Source of the DNA: an uncultured delta proteobacterium
GTDB taxonomy: Bacteria; Desulfobacterota; Binatia; UBA9968
Length of the DNA stretch: 64,000 bases
Direction of reading: 5' to 3'
Assembly (NCBI GenBank): GCA_963745835.1
Contig: CAVUZH010000016.1
Span: 416,001-480,000 of the forward strand
The notes under the pieces are model-generated. The model worked only from the letters and a program-made list of their open reading frames with translations. It was not told where the DNA came from and made no database searches. Both the position numbers and the translations under genes were made by a program. This document shows positions 10,421-19,955 of the stretch, piece after piece (positions within the stretch are counted from its first letter, which is position 1; every line of letters starts with the position of its first letter).

Positions 10421-11710
10421 CTATACTTTGCCAACAGCGATATAGCGCAAGCGAGAATCGGCGCCGAGTGTCGTACGCAGAAATCGATTGGGGTCTAACA
10501 CGACAGGTGTACGCATCTGGCGCACACAATCGTCAGACGATAAAGATTTAAAGGCCGGCCAATCATTTGTCACGATCAATGCGTCCGCCTGCTGTAAGGC
10601 TTCATTGGCTGTGGCGCAAAGGGTAATATACTGCTCTAGATCAGATGGGAGCTGAGACACACCTGGATCGTTAGCCCTAACTCGCACTCCCCGTTGGGCC
10701 AACCAGATGCATAGCTCAATTGCGCTGGAACGCCGCAGCGTGTCGGTCCCAGGCTTGTAGGTTAATCCCAGCACGACCACAGTCTTGCCTGATAACTCAC
10801 CAAAGAGTTCCTGTAGTTTACGTCTTGGCCAAGCCTTGTGCTCGTCATTACTAATGCGTATCGCGGTCATCAAATGAGCAGACACTCTTTTCTGTTGACC
10901 GAGCTGACTCAGAAAATTAACGTCGCGCGCCAACGTGCCTCCCGCAAAGGCGCTACCGGGACTCAGGTAAGCCGATGGTCCGATGCGACTATCACTCCTC
11001 AGACCCCGTTCGACTTCCTTGACGTCGGCACCTACATGCTCACACAATGTCGCCAGCTCGTTAACAAAGACTACAGACGCAGCTAAGAAGGCATTCAACG
11101 CGTGTTTGGTCATCTCGGCCGATTCGACCGACATCCATTCAAGTCGTCTACAAAACGGGCTCAGCAACTGACTCAGGCGCGCCTGGTCTGATTGGTGACG
11201 CACTCCGATAACGATGCGCTCCGGACAACGAAAAGCATCAAGCGCCTTTCCGACTCGAAGATTCTCTTGCGCGTAAGCGAAGCTGACACGCCGCTCCGAG
11301 CAATTTAAACGGAACCCTGCTTCGGCCGAAGCGGTAAAACCTACCGGGACCTGTGATGAAACCAAAACCATCGCTTTGTCTGACAAATGGGAAAACAAAG
11401 CTGCCATTTGACGTGACACAAAACCAACGTCAGCAATATCGTTGTCATCGACAGGCGTATCGAAAGTTATCCAAACAATATCTGCTCCATTGACAGCGGA
11501 TGCGATGTCGTTAGTGAAAGACAGCCTGCCGGCGGAGAACCCTGCGTGTATTAGTTCTGCAAGGCCCGTTTCAAAAACCGGTGGCTGACCGCGACTCAGA
11601 TTGGAAATTACATTCGCATCGGGATCATAGCCCACGGTTGTAAAATGCTCCGCCACAGAAGCTGCTATGACGGAACCGAGATGCCAAAGACCGCATACAC
11701 AAACCTTCAT
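10421..11710 (-). CDS. UDP-glucose/GDP-mannose dehydrogenase-like protein lacking the catalytic Cys (LmbL-like)
   Basis: GLWHLG, EMTKHALN, GLTYKPGTD; canonical GGSCxxKD reads GGTLARD. Confidence 0.85.
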   Translation of the reverse strand: MKVCVCGLWHLGSVIAASVAEHFTTVGYDPDANVISNLSRGQPPVFETGLAELIHAGFSAGRLSFTNDIASAVNGADIVWITFDTPVDDNDIADVGFVSRQMAALFSHLSDKAMVLVSSQVPVGFTASAEAGFRLNCSERRVSFAYAQENLRVGKALDAFRCPERIVIGVRHQSDQARLSQLLSPFCRRLEWMSVESAEMTKHALNAFLAASVVFVNELATLCEHVGADVKEVERGLRSDSRIGPSAYLSPGSAFAGGTLARDVNFLSQLGQQKRVSAHLMTAIRISNDEHKAWPRRKLQELFGELSGKTVVVLGLTYKPGTDTLRRSSAIELCIWLAQRGVRVRANDPGVSQLPSDLEQYITLCATANEALQQADALIVTNDWPAFKSLSSDDCVRQMRTPVVLDPNRFLRTTLGADSRLRYIAVGKV

Positions 11711-12663
11711 GAACGCCGATCCAGCACCCAAGGATTCTCTTGCAAATAGCGAAGCGTGCGGAGGATTCCCTCCTGAATGCTCAGCTTAGGGCGCCAACCT
11801 AGAGTACGAATCCGGGAGCAGTCAAGAAAGATGAACGGATTGTCTCCAACCCAGCCACGTGAACCGCCAGAATATGTGATCTTGGGGTTAAGCCCCAAAT
11901 GAGCAGTAATCCAACGGAGTGAATCATTAACCGAACAATACTCTGCGGTACCTAGATTAAAAAGATTCACCTTTTCGTGAGCCCGCTCAATCGCCAGGAG
12001 CATAGCGTCGATACAGTCCTGAACATATAAGTACGACTTGCGTTGACTGCCGTCGCCAAGAACACACAATTCGTTAGGATTAGATCGAAGCTGCTTGTAG
12101 AAATCGAATATGTGTCCGTGCGTATAACGTTCCCCCAACATGGAGACGAAACGAAAAATCCATGCCTGAAAGTCAAACCCTTCGCAGTGGGCTTCAATGA
12201 ATCCTTCGCTCGCCAGTTTGGCCGCTCCATAAAGAGATGTTTGAATGGGAATGTTGGTTTCTTCCGGCGTAGGGATTATCTGAGCTTCCCCGTAAATGGA
12301 AGCAGTCGAAGTAAAAGCAATCTGTCTCACCCCATTGGCACGCATGGCGTCCAAAACATTAAACGTCACAATTGTGTTCTGCTCCAAGTCCCTCCGCGGA
12401 TGTTCCGTCCCAAAACGCACATCGGCATTGGCGGCTAGATGAAAAACAAAATTTGCGCCCGCCATAGCCCGGCTCAAGGATTCCAAATCCAGTGCATCGC
12501 CTCGGACCAGGCTGAAACTAGGATTCCTCAGACAGTCTTCGATGAACTCCATCTGACCTGTGCTGAAATTGTCATATCCAACCACTGAATGACCGTTGAG
12601 CAACAAACGGTCGGCCAGGTTGCTGCCAACATAGCCCGCACAGCCTGTTACAAAATAACGCAA
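11707..12663 (-). CDS. NAD-dependent nucleotide-sugar epimerase (extended SDR; LmbM-like context)
   Basis: TGCAGYVGS, HLAANADV, TSTASIYG, YGAAK. Confidence 0.9.
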   Translation of the reverse strand: MRYFVTGCAGYVGSNLADRLLLNGHSVVGYDNFSTGQMEFIEDCLRNPSFSLVRGDALDLESLSRAMAGANFVFHLAANADVRFGTEHPRRDLEQNTIVTFNVLDAMRANGVRQIAFTSTASIYGEAQIIPTPEETNIPIQTSLYGAAKLASEGFIEAHCEGFDFQAWIFRFVSMLGERYTHGHIFDFYKQLRSNPNELCVLGDGSQRKSYLYVQDCIDAMLLAIERAHEKVNLFNLGTAEYCSVNDSLRWITAHLGLNPKITYSGGSRGWVGDNPFIFLDCSRIRTLGWRPKLSIQEGILRTLRYLQENPWVLDRRS

Positions 12664-12684
12664 ACAAGTCTCCGTCCTTGAAGC

Positions 12685-13521
12685 TTATCTCTTTTGTTTT
12701 CGGTTCCGGGTTTGCCGAAATATCCCGGCGCTTCCTTTTTGGATCGTTCCGAATCTATCAGTTCCGCTTTGCTTAGAGACTGCAAGCGCATGACAATGTG
12801 CAAACCGGATTCTGAAAATGTCGAGCCCGTTGCGAATATTCCCGCTGACCAACCGCAGCCTGCTGTCCCCATCGTCGCGCCACCTTACTGGAACCTGCGC
12901 GATCCTATAGCCACGAAGGTGCGCTAAGTATAAAACCTCAACATCAAACATATAGCCGTCTATTATCTGTCGTCCAAAAAGATCGATTGCGACATGGCGT
13001 TTAAAAAATTTGAATCCGCATTGAGTGTCAACGATGTCACGAAGGCCCACCAACGCATGTACAAACAAGCGAAAGCCTTTTGAGCCGAGCCGTCGATAAA
13101 GTGGCTGAGATTGTTCGATGCTTGACTCGGAAAGGGCACGAGAACCAATCACGATATCGTAGCCGTTACGGATTACGTCCTCGATCTTGTCCAGCTCATC
13201 AATCGGAGTCTTGTTGTCCGCGTCGGCAAATCCTATCATTTCGCCGCTGGCCATAGCGATTGCATGGCGAATGCCGTATCCTTTGCCCCGACGTTCAACA
13301 TTGCCAGTGACCTTTAACGCCGGAAGAGACACGGCCATCTCAGTCACCAATTCACGCGTGCCGTCATCTCCATCGGCGGACACAATGATCTCATAGCTCA
13401 TATTTCGCTGCCGAAAATAAGATATCGCATCCTCGATGGTCTGCCCAATACTGCTGACTTCGTTATACGCAGGCAGGATCAAACTGATATGTGGATTGTT
13501 TCTCACCAGCGCCGTACTCAT
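12685..13521 (-). CDS. Dolichyl/undecaprenyl-phosphate glycosyltransferase (GT2, ALG5-like)
   Basis: LILPAYNE, GKGYGIR, FADAD, DTQCGFK, FDVEVL. Confidence 0.9.
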   Translation of the reverse strand: MSTALVRNNPHISLILPAYNEVSSIGQTIEDAISYFRQRNMSYEIIVSADGDDGTRELVTEMAVSLPALKVTGNVERRGKGYGIRHAIAMASGEMIGFADADNKTPIDELDKIEDVIRNGYDIVIGSRALSESSIEQSQPLYRRLGSKGFRLFVHALVGLRDIVDTQCGFKFFKRHVAIDLFGRQIIDGYMFDVEVLYLAHLRGYRIAQVPVRWRDDGDSRLRLVSGNIRNGLDIFRIRFAHCHALAVSKQSGTDRFGTIQKGSAGIFRQTRNRKQKR

Positions 13522-13544
13522 GAAGGCATTCGGGAACCGTTCTT

Positions 13545-16253
13545 TCAAGCCACGGAATTTTGTAATTGGTATTTCTCTGCAATTCTTGGATAAATCCAAA
13601 GAACCAACGTGATCAACAAAAACAACCCGATGGCCGTCTTAGCTACTATGACGCTTGCCGTAAACGTTACGGGTTCAAATTTAAAAATGATGCGGCTTTG
13701 GCCAGTGCCGACTGTCGTCGCCATAAACTGAAAATTTGCCGGGATAATCGTGCCTTGTTTCCCGTTTATAAACACCCTCCAGCCCTCGTCATACGAATCG
13801 CCAAAAAAAAGCACCGCCGGTTTTTTGGTGATGATATTCAGCTCCACTCTACTCGGGGTCGCGTGGGTGGTTTGAACCATAACAGCTTTCTCTGGATACT
13901 CCGACGAATCGATAGCTGGCTCATCTCGTAAAACAATCGTTGTCAGTGGATTGAACTCGACCGCTTTCAATCGCGCGAGAGCTGCGGTCTCGTTTTCGAT
14001 CGCCTCAAAATGAGTGAAAAGCATAAACCTGGATAGTGCGTTGGGGCGGATCGACACCTCGCCGGCTTTACCAACGTCGTATCGTGCACCAACGAGATCT
14101 AAAAAACGTGGGTCTTCAATGGTATGAGCGATGGAAGACGCTAAGGCCTGATCCCCATAATCGAAATTACGGATGAAAGAAGTGTATTTTTTTGAAAACT
14201 GTGAATTGAGTCCGCCGTATAATCTCACTCCATAATAATTAGGAATATTCGTCTCAATTTCGTTGCCCGATAACCCAAGCACTAAATGCGGATGATTGAC
14301 GCGGTAATTTTCGAGGTCCAATGCTACTTTAGATTCTGCTCCAAGGATCTCGCCTGGAGTCGTCAGAGCCGGATAGAGCGACTTTCTCTTAAAAAATGGT
14401 TCCGTAACAATGCGGCTGTATATCTTATTAAAGGGCAATAAATCGCCAAGCGAAACGAGCAAAAGCACCAAAAGAAAATATTTCGTTTCAAGCTTTCGCG
14501 TCTTAAGAGACGAAAGTAAAATTACCAATAGAACACTAACTAAAACGAATCGGGCTGAGCCCATCACTACCAACAGAAACGATTCAGGCATGGATGGATG
14601 CTTACTGAACCCGGTAAACGGGATTATCAGCACACCCAAGAGTACGAGCAACGCAACTGCCGTCGCAATACCAGAGACATTTCTAAAACGAGAATTCATC
14701 ACAAAAAATAGAACTGTCAGAAGGAGAGTTGAAATGAAGGCAAGGCTGGTCAGCAAATACATTGCGCCCAATCGAAATACGTATGAAGATCCTTTCTCTT
14801 GAAGAAAATTCTTCACCTCCTGCGGCAGAATTAGATAATAGATTCCAGCAACACTCAATAAGATAAGTGCTGCAACTAGTCTCTTGAGCGGTGGTCTAAC
14901 CAAGGCATTTTCAAACAGCAAATACGAAACAAACAGCAAAACAAGGGTTATGACGCCGGCGAGCCTGACATTACCCAATATATGCGGGTAGACCTTTAGC
15001 CAAACGGAAACTACTCCTAGCAGAACCAAGCCGCAGACAAGAAGAAAAATAAGAATTTTTTCTGTGCTTACCGAAGTTGGATGTTCTTCAATATGTTTAG
15101 CTATGTAACCGACCATCAGGCACATCCCCATCGGCAGCAAGTAGAGTGAACCCAATGGATGGAGTAACGGAAAGAATCCGATATTGAATACGCCGGCTAT
15201 CGGTTGAACATTCATTAACCACAGCCAAATGGGTAAGAACATGAGCGTGAGGATTTTTATTGGTTTGTTTTTTCGTATCGCTATCAATGACCAGATGACA
15301 AGCGATATAGAAGCAGCTCCCATGTAGAAACTTGCAGCACCGTGAATGTGACCCTTAAAGCCTAAAGCTGCAAGAACAGGTTCAGATGAAGCGAAGTTGA
15401 CGCCGAGAGTTTCGGGGATAAACGTAAAATAATGAAGAAAAATAACGTCTTGAAAACCCAAGTTTGCGATACTGTCAAGCAGCCGGGTGCCATCCCTGAG
15501 AGCTTCGGCAAACGGTAAAAGGCGTACGGCACCAATCGACGCACTAATCATCACTGCCAATGCAAAAACTCCCCAATACTTTGCCTGGCAGACGATTGCC
15601 GCAGGGTGAGTGAGCGTGAAGAACGCGTAGAGGAGCATGACGCTCAACATGATATATGCCACATAAACAATGTGGCCGGAGAGAAACATCGTTCCGATGC
15701 TAAGAGTCAACAAAGCGAAGGAAATGTAGAGTTTTCGCTGACCCATCGTGAACAGCAGGTATGTCGTGATCGTGGCAAGCAGCATGGTCGTCAGGGCGGG
15801 GTACAGTGTAGTCCCGAGGAACATAAGGCTACACAATTGATAGTTTAGTGACGAGAAAAAGGCCCATTTTCTGCTACCTAAGGCAGCAGTAAAAGCAAGA
15901 AAGCCAAACACACCGACGAGCCACATCTCAATGAAGATTCGAACAGTCAGTCCCAAGTGAAAGTACTGCTCCGGAAGCAGGAATAGGATCCAGTTGAACG
16001 GGGAATAGACGTAGTTATGCGTGCTGCCTGTAAAGTTAATTCCGCAGGCAATATAAGGGTTCCATAAACCGAGGTCCCCCTGAACTAAAGCTCGTAGAGA
16101 GAAGAAGTAGTTGGGCACGAGATGAAACTTATTATCACTACTGGCAATAAGCTTCATCCCCCTCAATAAAAAGGGCGAGAAGAAGAATGCGATTAGTGTC
16201 AGGTGTGCAACGATCACGAATCTCGTTTTAGACTCCGGTGATCGTACAAACAA
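13545..16253 (-). CDS. YfhO-family polytopic membrane protein (GT-C fold)
   Basis: LWNPYIACG near the N-terminus, many TM helices, C-terminal 'SYDEGWRVFING...ANFQFMA...F.FEP'. Confidence 0.85.
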   Translation of the reverse strand: MFVRSPESKTRFVIVAHLTLIAFFFSPFLLRGMKLIASSDNKFHLVPNYFFSLRALVQGDLGLWNPYIACGINFTGSTHNYVYSPFNWILFLLPEQYFHLGLTVRIFIEMWLVGVFGFLAFTAALGSRKWAFFSSLNYQLCSLMFLGTTLYPALTTMLLATITTYLLFTMGQRKLYISFALLTLSIGTMFLSGHIVYVAYIMLSVMLLYAFFTLTHPAAIVCQAKYWGVFALAVMISASIGAVRLLPFAEALRDGTRLLDSIANLGFQDVIFLHYFTFIPETLGVNFASSEPVLAALGFKGHIHGAASFYMGAASISLVIWSLIAIRKNKPIKILTLMFLPIWLWLMNVQPIAGVFNIGFFPLLHPLGSLYLLPMGMCLMVGYIAKHIEEHPTSVSTEKILIFLLVCGLVLLGVVSVWLKVYPHILGNVRLAGVITLVLLFVSYLLFENALVRPPLKRLVAALILLSVAGIYYLILPQEVKNFLQEKGSSYVFRLGAMYLLTSLAFISTLLLTVLFFVMNSRFRNVSGIATAVALLVLLGVLIIPFTGFSKHPSMPESFLLVVMGSARFVLVSVLLVILLSSLKTRKLETKYFLLVLLLVSLGDLLPFNKIYSRIVTEPFFKRKSLYPALTTPGEILGAESKVALDLENYRVNHPHLVLGLSGNEIETNIPNYYGVRLYGGLNSQFSKKYTSFIRNFDYGDQALASSIAHTIEDPRFLDLVGARYDVGKAGEVSIRPNALSRFMLFTHFEAIENETAALARLKAVEFNPLTTIVLRDEPAIDSSEYPEKAVMVQTTHATPSRVELNIITKKPAVLFFGDSYDEGWRVFINGKQGTIIPANFQFMATTVGTGQSRIIFKFEPVTFTASVIVAKTAIGLFLLITLVLWIYPRIAEKYQLQNSVA

Positions 16254-16486
16254 TTGCCTGGCACAAACGGTTGAAACGCATTTTATTGGACATGGATCGT
16301 ACTAACAAGATAACACTGTGATTCGGAATCCGTAGGATTAAACTAAATGATTGCTCGCCGCCATTGCGTTGGTTGCTCCATAAACTCGACAATGAAACGA
16401 CGATTCGGCCAGCTAGCCAACAAATGTTAAGGACTTCAGGACAATCAAAGGGATTCTACAGAGCAGAAAATCGGATCTGATGTTGC

Positions 16487-16589
16487 GTCTAAAATAATGA
16501 TGATACGCACATTCTCTTTTCACCCGCGGCATGATCGCCTTCATGCCCTCGACTTCATTCAGCGCTAAAACTAGCAGAGTCACTTTCAC
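16487..16589 (-). pseudogene. 5' remnant of a GT2 gene paralogous to 4026-4814
   Basis: GTG overlapping the NUDIX stop encodes VKVTLLVLALNEVEGMKAIMPRVKRE, versus KVTLLVLTLNEIDGMKAIMPRVKKE in the intact gene; then frameshift and loss of similarity. Confidence 0.85.
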
Positions 16590-17221
16590 ACTGGACCGTC
16601 CAGAGCCTGGTTCTCAAATCGACTGTACATAAAGAATGCTATAACTGTTGATGGGTCCTGGACCTCAGAACGGAGTATCATTTCTTCGACTTCTTGAATA
16701 TTGAAAAACCGGAGTTCTCGGTGCCCGATTTCCGCGGGCGCATACTCCCGTTCCTTTACACACTCGGTCGCCGCAAACAGCTGCACTCTGGCCGCCAAAA
16801 TTCCCCCATCCGGAGTGATAAAGCCCAACGATCGAATTGCTTCGGATTTGCAATCGAGTCCTGTCTCTTCCTTTAGTTCTCGACCCGCTGCGCTCGCAGA
16901 CACCTCTTGCCGATCGATAAAACCTCGCGGAATCTCCCATGAGTATTGTCCAATGGGATGACGGTAAATACGGATTAGGCCGATTTTGCCGTCAACGATC
17001 GGCAGAACCGCCACTCCGGTGACGAGATTAGAGGCGACACGTTTTGGCGCAACCACCAGATAATCTCTGATGGTCATGCGGCCTTGTGAAGTCAGTTCGT
17101 CAAAGAAGATATTAAACTGGCTGTTCTCGCAGACAAGTTTTCGCTTTTTTTGCTCCGGCTGCTGAGGTTTCGCACCCATCGAATCAGCAGATCGTCGCTT
17201 TCGCACAGAATCGCGTCGCAC
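16586..17221 (-). CDS. NUDIX hydrolase (NDP-sugar pyrophosphatase-like)
   Basis: WEIPRG...AAGRELKEETG Nudix box; start could be 17179. Confidence 0.88.
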   Translation of the reverse strand: MRRDSVRKRRSADSMGAKPQQPEQKKRKLVCENSQFNIFFDELTSQGRMTIRDYLVVAPKRVASNLVTGVAVLPIVDGKIGLIRIYRHPIGQYSWEIPRGFIDRQEVSASAAGRELKEETGLDCKSEAIRSLGFITPDGGILAARVQLFAATECVKEREYAPAEIGHRELRFFNIQEVEEMILRSEVQDPSTVIAFFMYSRFENQALDGPV

Positions 17222-17232
17222 GCACTAAGGGT

Positions 17233-18747
17233 TCAGGCTGCAGCCAAGATTCTTCTGACTAATCGTTGTGACGCCATTTCGCGGATGTGCTCAGCCGTAA
17301 GCGAACCGTATTTTGCCTCGATCATCCGCAAATACTGTGGACTGCTGAAATACCGGTGAAAAGCCTCATCACGAAACTTCAGCACGGCCGCGCCTGATAG
17401 GTACTTCGTGGGCAAGGGCAAGGTGTCGATGGCATGCTGCGAATAGCCGGACCACTTCTCCGGGAGCGGCCAACTTTCTCTCATCGCCAGGTTGTATAAC
17501 TGGGATCCAGGATAGGCCATGGCAGAATAGAAGTTCGCGAATTCACAGTTGAGTTCGAGAGCTAAATTAAGCGTCGACTCCATGCTCTCCAGATCATCTT
17601 CCGGAAGACCAAAAATATAGTTGGCGATCACGTTAACATCGGCTGCTCTCACGTTCTCCAAAGTGCGAAAGATCACCTCCTGATCGAATCCTTTATCCAC
17701 GTCATCACGCACCCGATCGCTAGCCGCCTCGATGCCAAACGCCAGCCAGTTGAAGCCTGCGCGTTTGAGCTTTTCCAGCATCCCGTCCTTGACCGTGTCG
17801 ACGCGCGCGTAAGCCCAGATATTCAGGTCGTAACCGCGTTCGATAATCGCATCGCATATCCCAAGTATGTGACGTGAATTCAGGACGAACATCTCGTCGG
17901 CTATCTTAATATTACGAATGCCATACTGGTTGACAAGTTTATCGATCTGGGCGATCACCGCCTGCGCGCTCCAGAAGCGATAGCTATTGACGCTTTCCTT
18001 CCATCCCGCTTCCTTTTCTCCGGTCTTAAACGGCGCTTGAATACAGCAGAAACTGCAATGAAAAGGACAGCCGAAGGTTGTGTAGAACGAGGCATAGGGC
18101 TCTCGTTGAAGATCTCCGAAGCAGTGCCAGTTGTGCGCTCGGTACTTGTCCATAGGCAAAAGATCCCATGCGAGTTCCGGGATTTCGTCATCTAGATTTT
18201 TGACCAGTGGAGCTGCGGGTGTGGAGATGACAACGCCGTCTTTCCAATAACAGATTCCCCGCACCTTCGAATAGTCCGGTGATGTAGATTTTGCCGCCTG
18301 CAACAAATCGACGAGAGTATAGGGTCCTTCTCCGGTGCACACGAAATCCGCCGCTTCCTCCCGCAACGTACGCTCCGGAAGCGCCGCGACATGTCCGCCC
18401 ACCAGCGCTAATTTGCGATTCGGATTGAGTTCTTTAAGCGCATCGCAGATCAAGCCGGAGACCGTCATGTTTTGGGTAGAGGCCGATGGTTGATGGCCAT
18501 AAACGACAATCACCGCCAATCGAGGATCCATGTCCTCGATCCGCGTCGCGGTTTCTTCGGGTGTTAGATTCTCCGCTTCCGCATCTACGATTTGAACCGA
18601 GAAACCGTGTTTACGAACAAACGTTGCCAACAAGCTTGCCCATACCGGAGGCTCGATGGCCGCCAGCTTCGATCCCAAAGATTGATAAACCTGCATGCGG
18701 GTTCCGGGGTGAACCAGTACCAGGTCCAATTGGCCATTACGAGACAT
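17233..18747 (-). CDS. Cobalamin-binding radical SAM enzyme
   Basis: N-terminal B12-binding domain (GGHVAALP, TGEG); GCPFHCSFC; FGIEA; YIFGLP. Confidence 0.92.
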   Translation of the reverse strand: MSRNGQLDLVLVHPGTRMQVYQSLGSKLAAIEPPVWASLLATFVRKHGFSVQIVDAEAENLTPEETATRIEDMDPRLAVIVVYGHQPSASTQNMTVSGLICDALKELNPNRKLALVGGHVAALPERTLREEAADFVCTGEGPYTLVDLLQAAKSTSPDYSKVRGICYWKDGVVISTPAAPLVKNLDDEIPELAWDLLPMDKYRAHNWHCFGDLQREPYASFYTTFGCPFHCSFCCIQAPFKTGEKEAGWKESVNSYRFWSAQAVIAQIDKLVNQYGIRNIKIADEMFVLNSRHILGICDAIIERGYDLNIWAYARVDTVKDGMLEKLKRAGFNWLAFGIEAASDRVRDDVDKGFDQEVIFRTLENVRAADVNVIANYIFGLPEDDLESMESTLNLALELNCEFANFYSAMAYPGSQLYNLAMRESWPLPEKWSGYSQHAIDTLPLPTKYLSGAAVLKFRDEAFHRYFSSPQYLRMIEAKYGSLTAEHIREMASQRLVRRILAAA

Positions 18748-19948
18748 AACGTTCGCCCTCACCGGAGACGCTGTTCAGGAGAGAACATAACTGAAGGATT
18801 TTTTCTCGCTCGAGATCCGGATAATTACCTATGTAGAAGCCGTAGAAATGAACATGATCGACGTTTGGATACTTTTCAAACTCGCGCTCGCCCATTATTC
18901 TTCTTAGATAAGGCTGCCTCAATTGATTTCCGCCGCCCGAGGTGCCGCGGCGGAATTCTACGTTGTAGCGCCGCATCATTTGCATCACGTTTTCACATAA
19001 CACCGGATCAGCGCGATTGAGCACCAACGTGAACGCATAATTGCAGCTTCCCGCCGTGACAAAATCGGTCTGGTACTTCTCAGGGTCTAGATGATCGAGA
19101 AACAAGTCTAAATTCTCCGATCTGATCCTGTTGTTGGCATCGAGCCGCTTGAGTTGAGAACGGCCAATGACAGCGTTGATTTCCGTGCTTCGAACATTGT
19201 ATGCCGGGAATGCGAATATGAAGTCGGGGTTCAGATCCGGGTAGTTTCGATAGAAACTCTCCTTAAGCTCGGGCGAACTCGACTCTCGTACCATGCCATG
19301 GGAACGAAGCATGCGCAGCGTTTCATATAGATCAGAATCGTTGGTGCAAATCATACCACCCTCGATGGTGCTCATATGATGCGCATAGTAGAAGGAAAAG
19401 TTGGACATCAGCCCGAAAGTTCCTAGCTTTTGCCCCCCGCAGGTCGCTCCATGTGATTCACAAACATCTTCGATAAGCGGAATACCTCGACCTTTAAGCT
19501 CGGCTAGAACCGACTTTTGCAAAGCATTGAAACCTAACACGTGAGTCATGAATACGGCTCTGGTGTTGGGCGAAATTTTTTCGAGGATCTGTTGGTTATC
19601 CATTCCAAGCGTGCGACGATCGATGTCGACGAATACGGGTTTAAACCCGGACTGGATGACCGAAGCAATATCGGACACCCAAGTCAATGGTGGCACGATT
19701 ATTTCTCCCGAGCCATAGCGCTCTTTTAGCGCGCACATAGTTAAGAGATTCGCCGAGGAACCGGAATTTACAAAGACGCTGTATTTGACACCCAGCCAAG
19801 CCGACCACTCTTTTTCAAACTCCTTGACGTGATCAGATTGCGTCAAGATCGGGTCCTGCTGATGCAGCAGCTCGACAACCCTGGCGAAATCCTCCTTAGC
19901 CAGATTGTTCTTCATTAATGGCCAAGCGAGATTTTGGATAGTATTCAT
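18737..19948 (-). CDS. PLP-dependent DegT-family enzyme, ColD-type NDP-4-keto-sugar 3-dehydratase
   Basis: FVNSGSSANL, IEDVCESHGA; FSFYYAHHMSTIEGG has His at the Schiff-base Lys position. Confidence 0.82.
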   Translation of the reverse strand: MNTIQNLAWPLMKNNLAKEDFARVVELLHQQDPILTQSDHVKEFEKEWSAWLGVKYSVFVNSGSSANLLTMCALKERYGSGEIIVPPLTWVSDIASVIQSGFKPVFVDIDRRTLGMDNQQILEKISPNTRAVFMTHVLGFNALQKSVLAELKGRGIPLIEDVCESHGATCGGQKLGTFGLMSNFSFYYAHHMSTIEGGMICTNDSDLYETLRMLRSHGMVRESSSPELKESFYRNYPDLNPDFIFAFPAYNVRSTEINAVIGRSQLKRLDANNRIRSENLDLFLDHLDPEKYQTDFVTAGSCNYAFTLVLNRADPVLCENVMQMMRRYNVEFRRGTSGGGNQLRQPYLRRIMGEREFEKYPNVDHVHFYGFYIGNYPDLEREKILQLCSLLNSVSGEGERYVS

Positions 19949-19955
19949 GGTTCGA

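Noticed and set aside
5010-12663. A complete lincosamide antibiotic cluster
   Set aside because: No amino-acid moiety, condensation, thiol-transfer or resistance genes; the neighbours are envelope glycosyltransferases.
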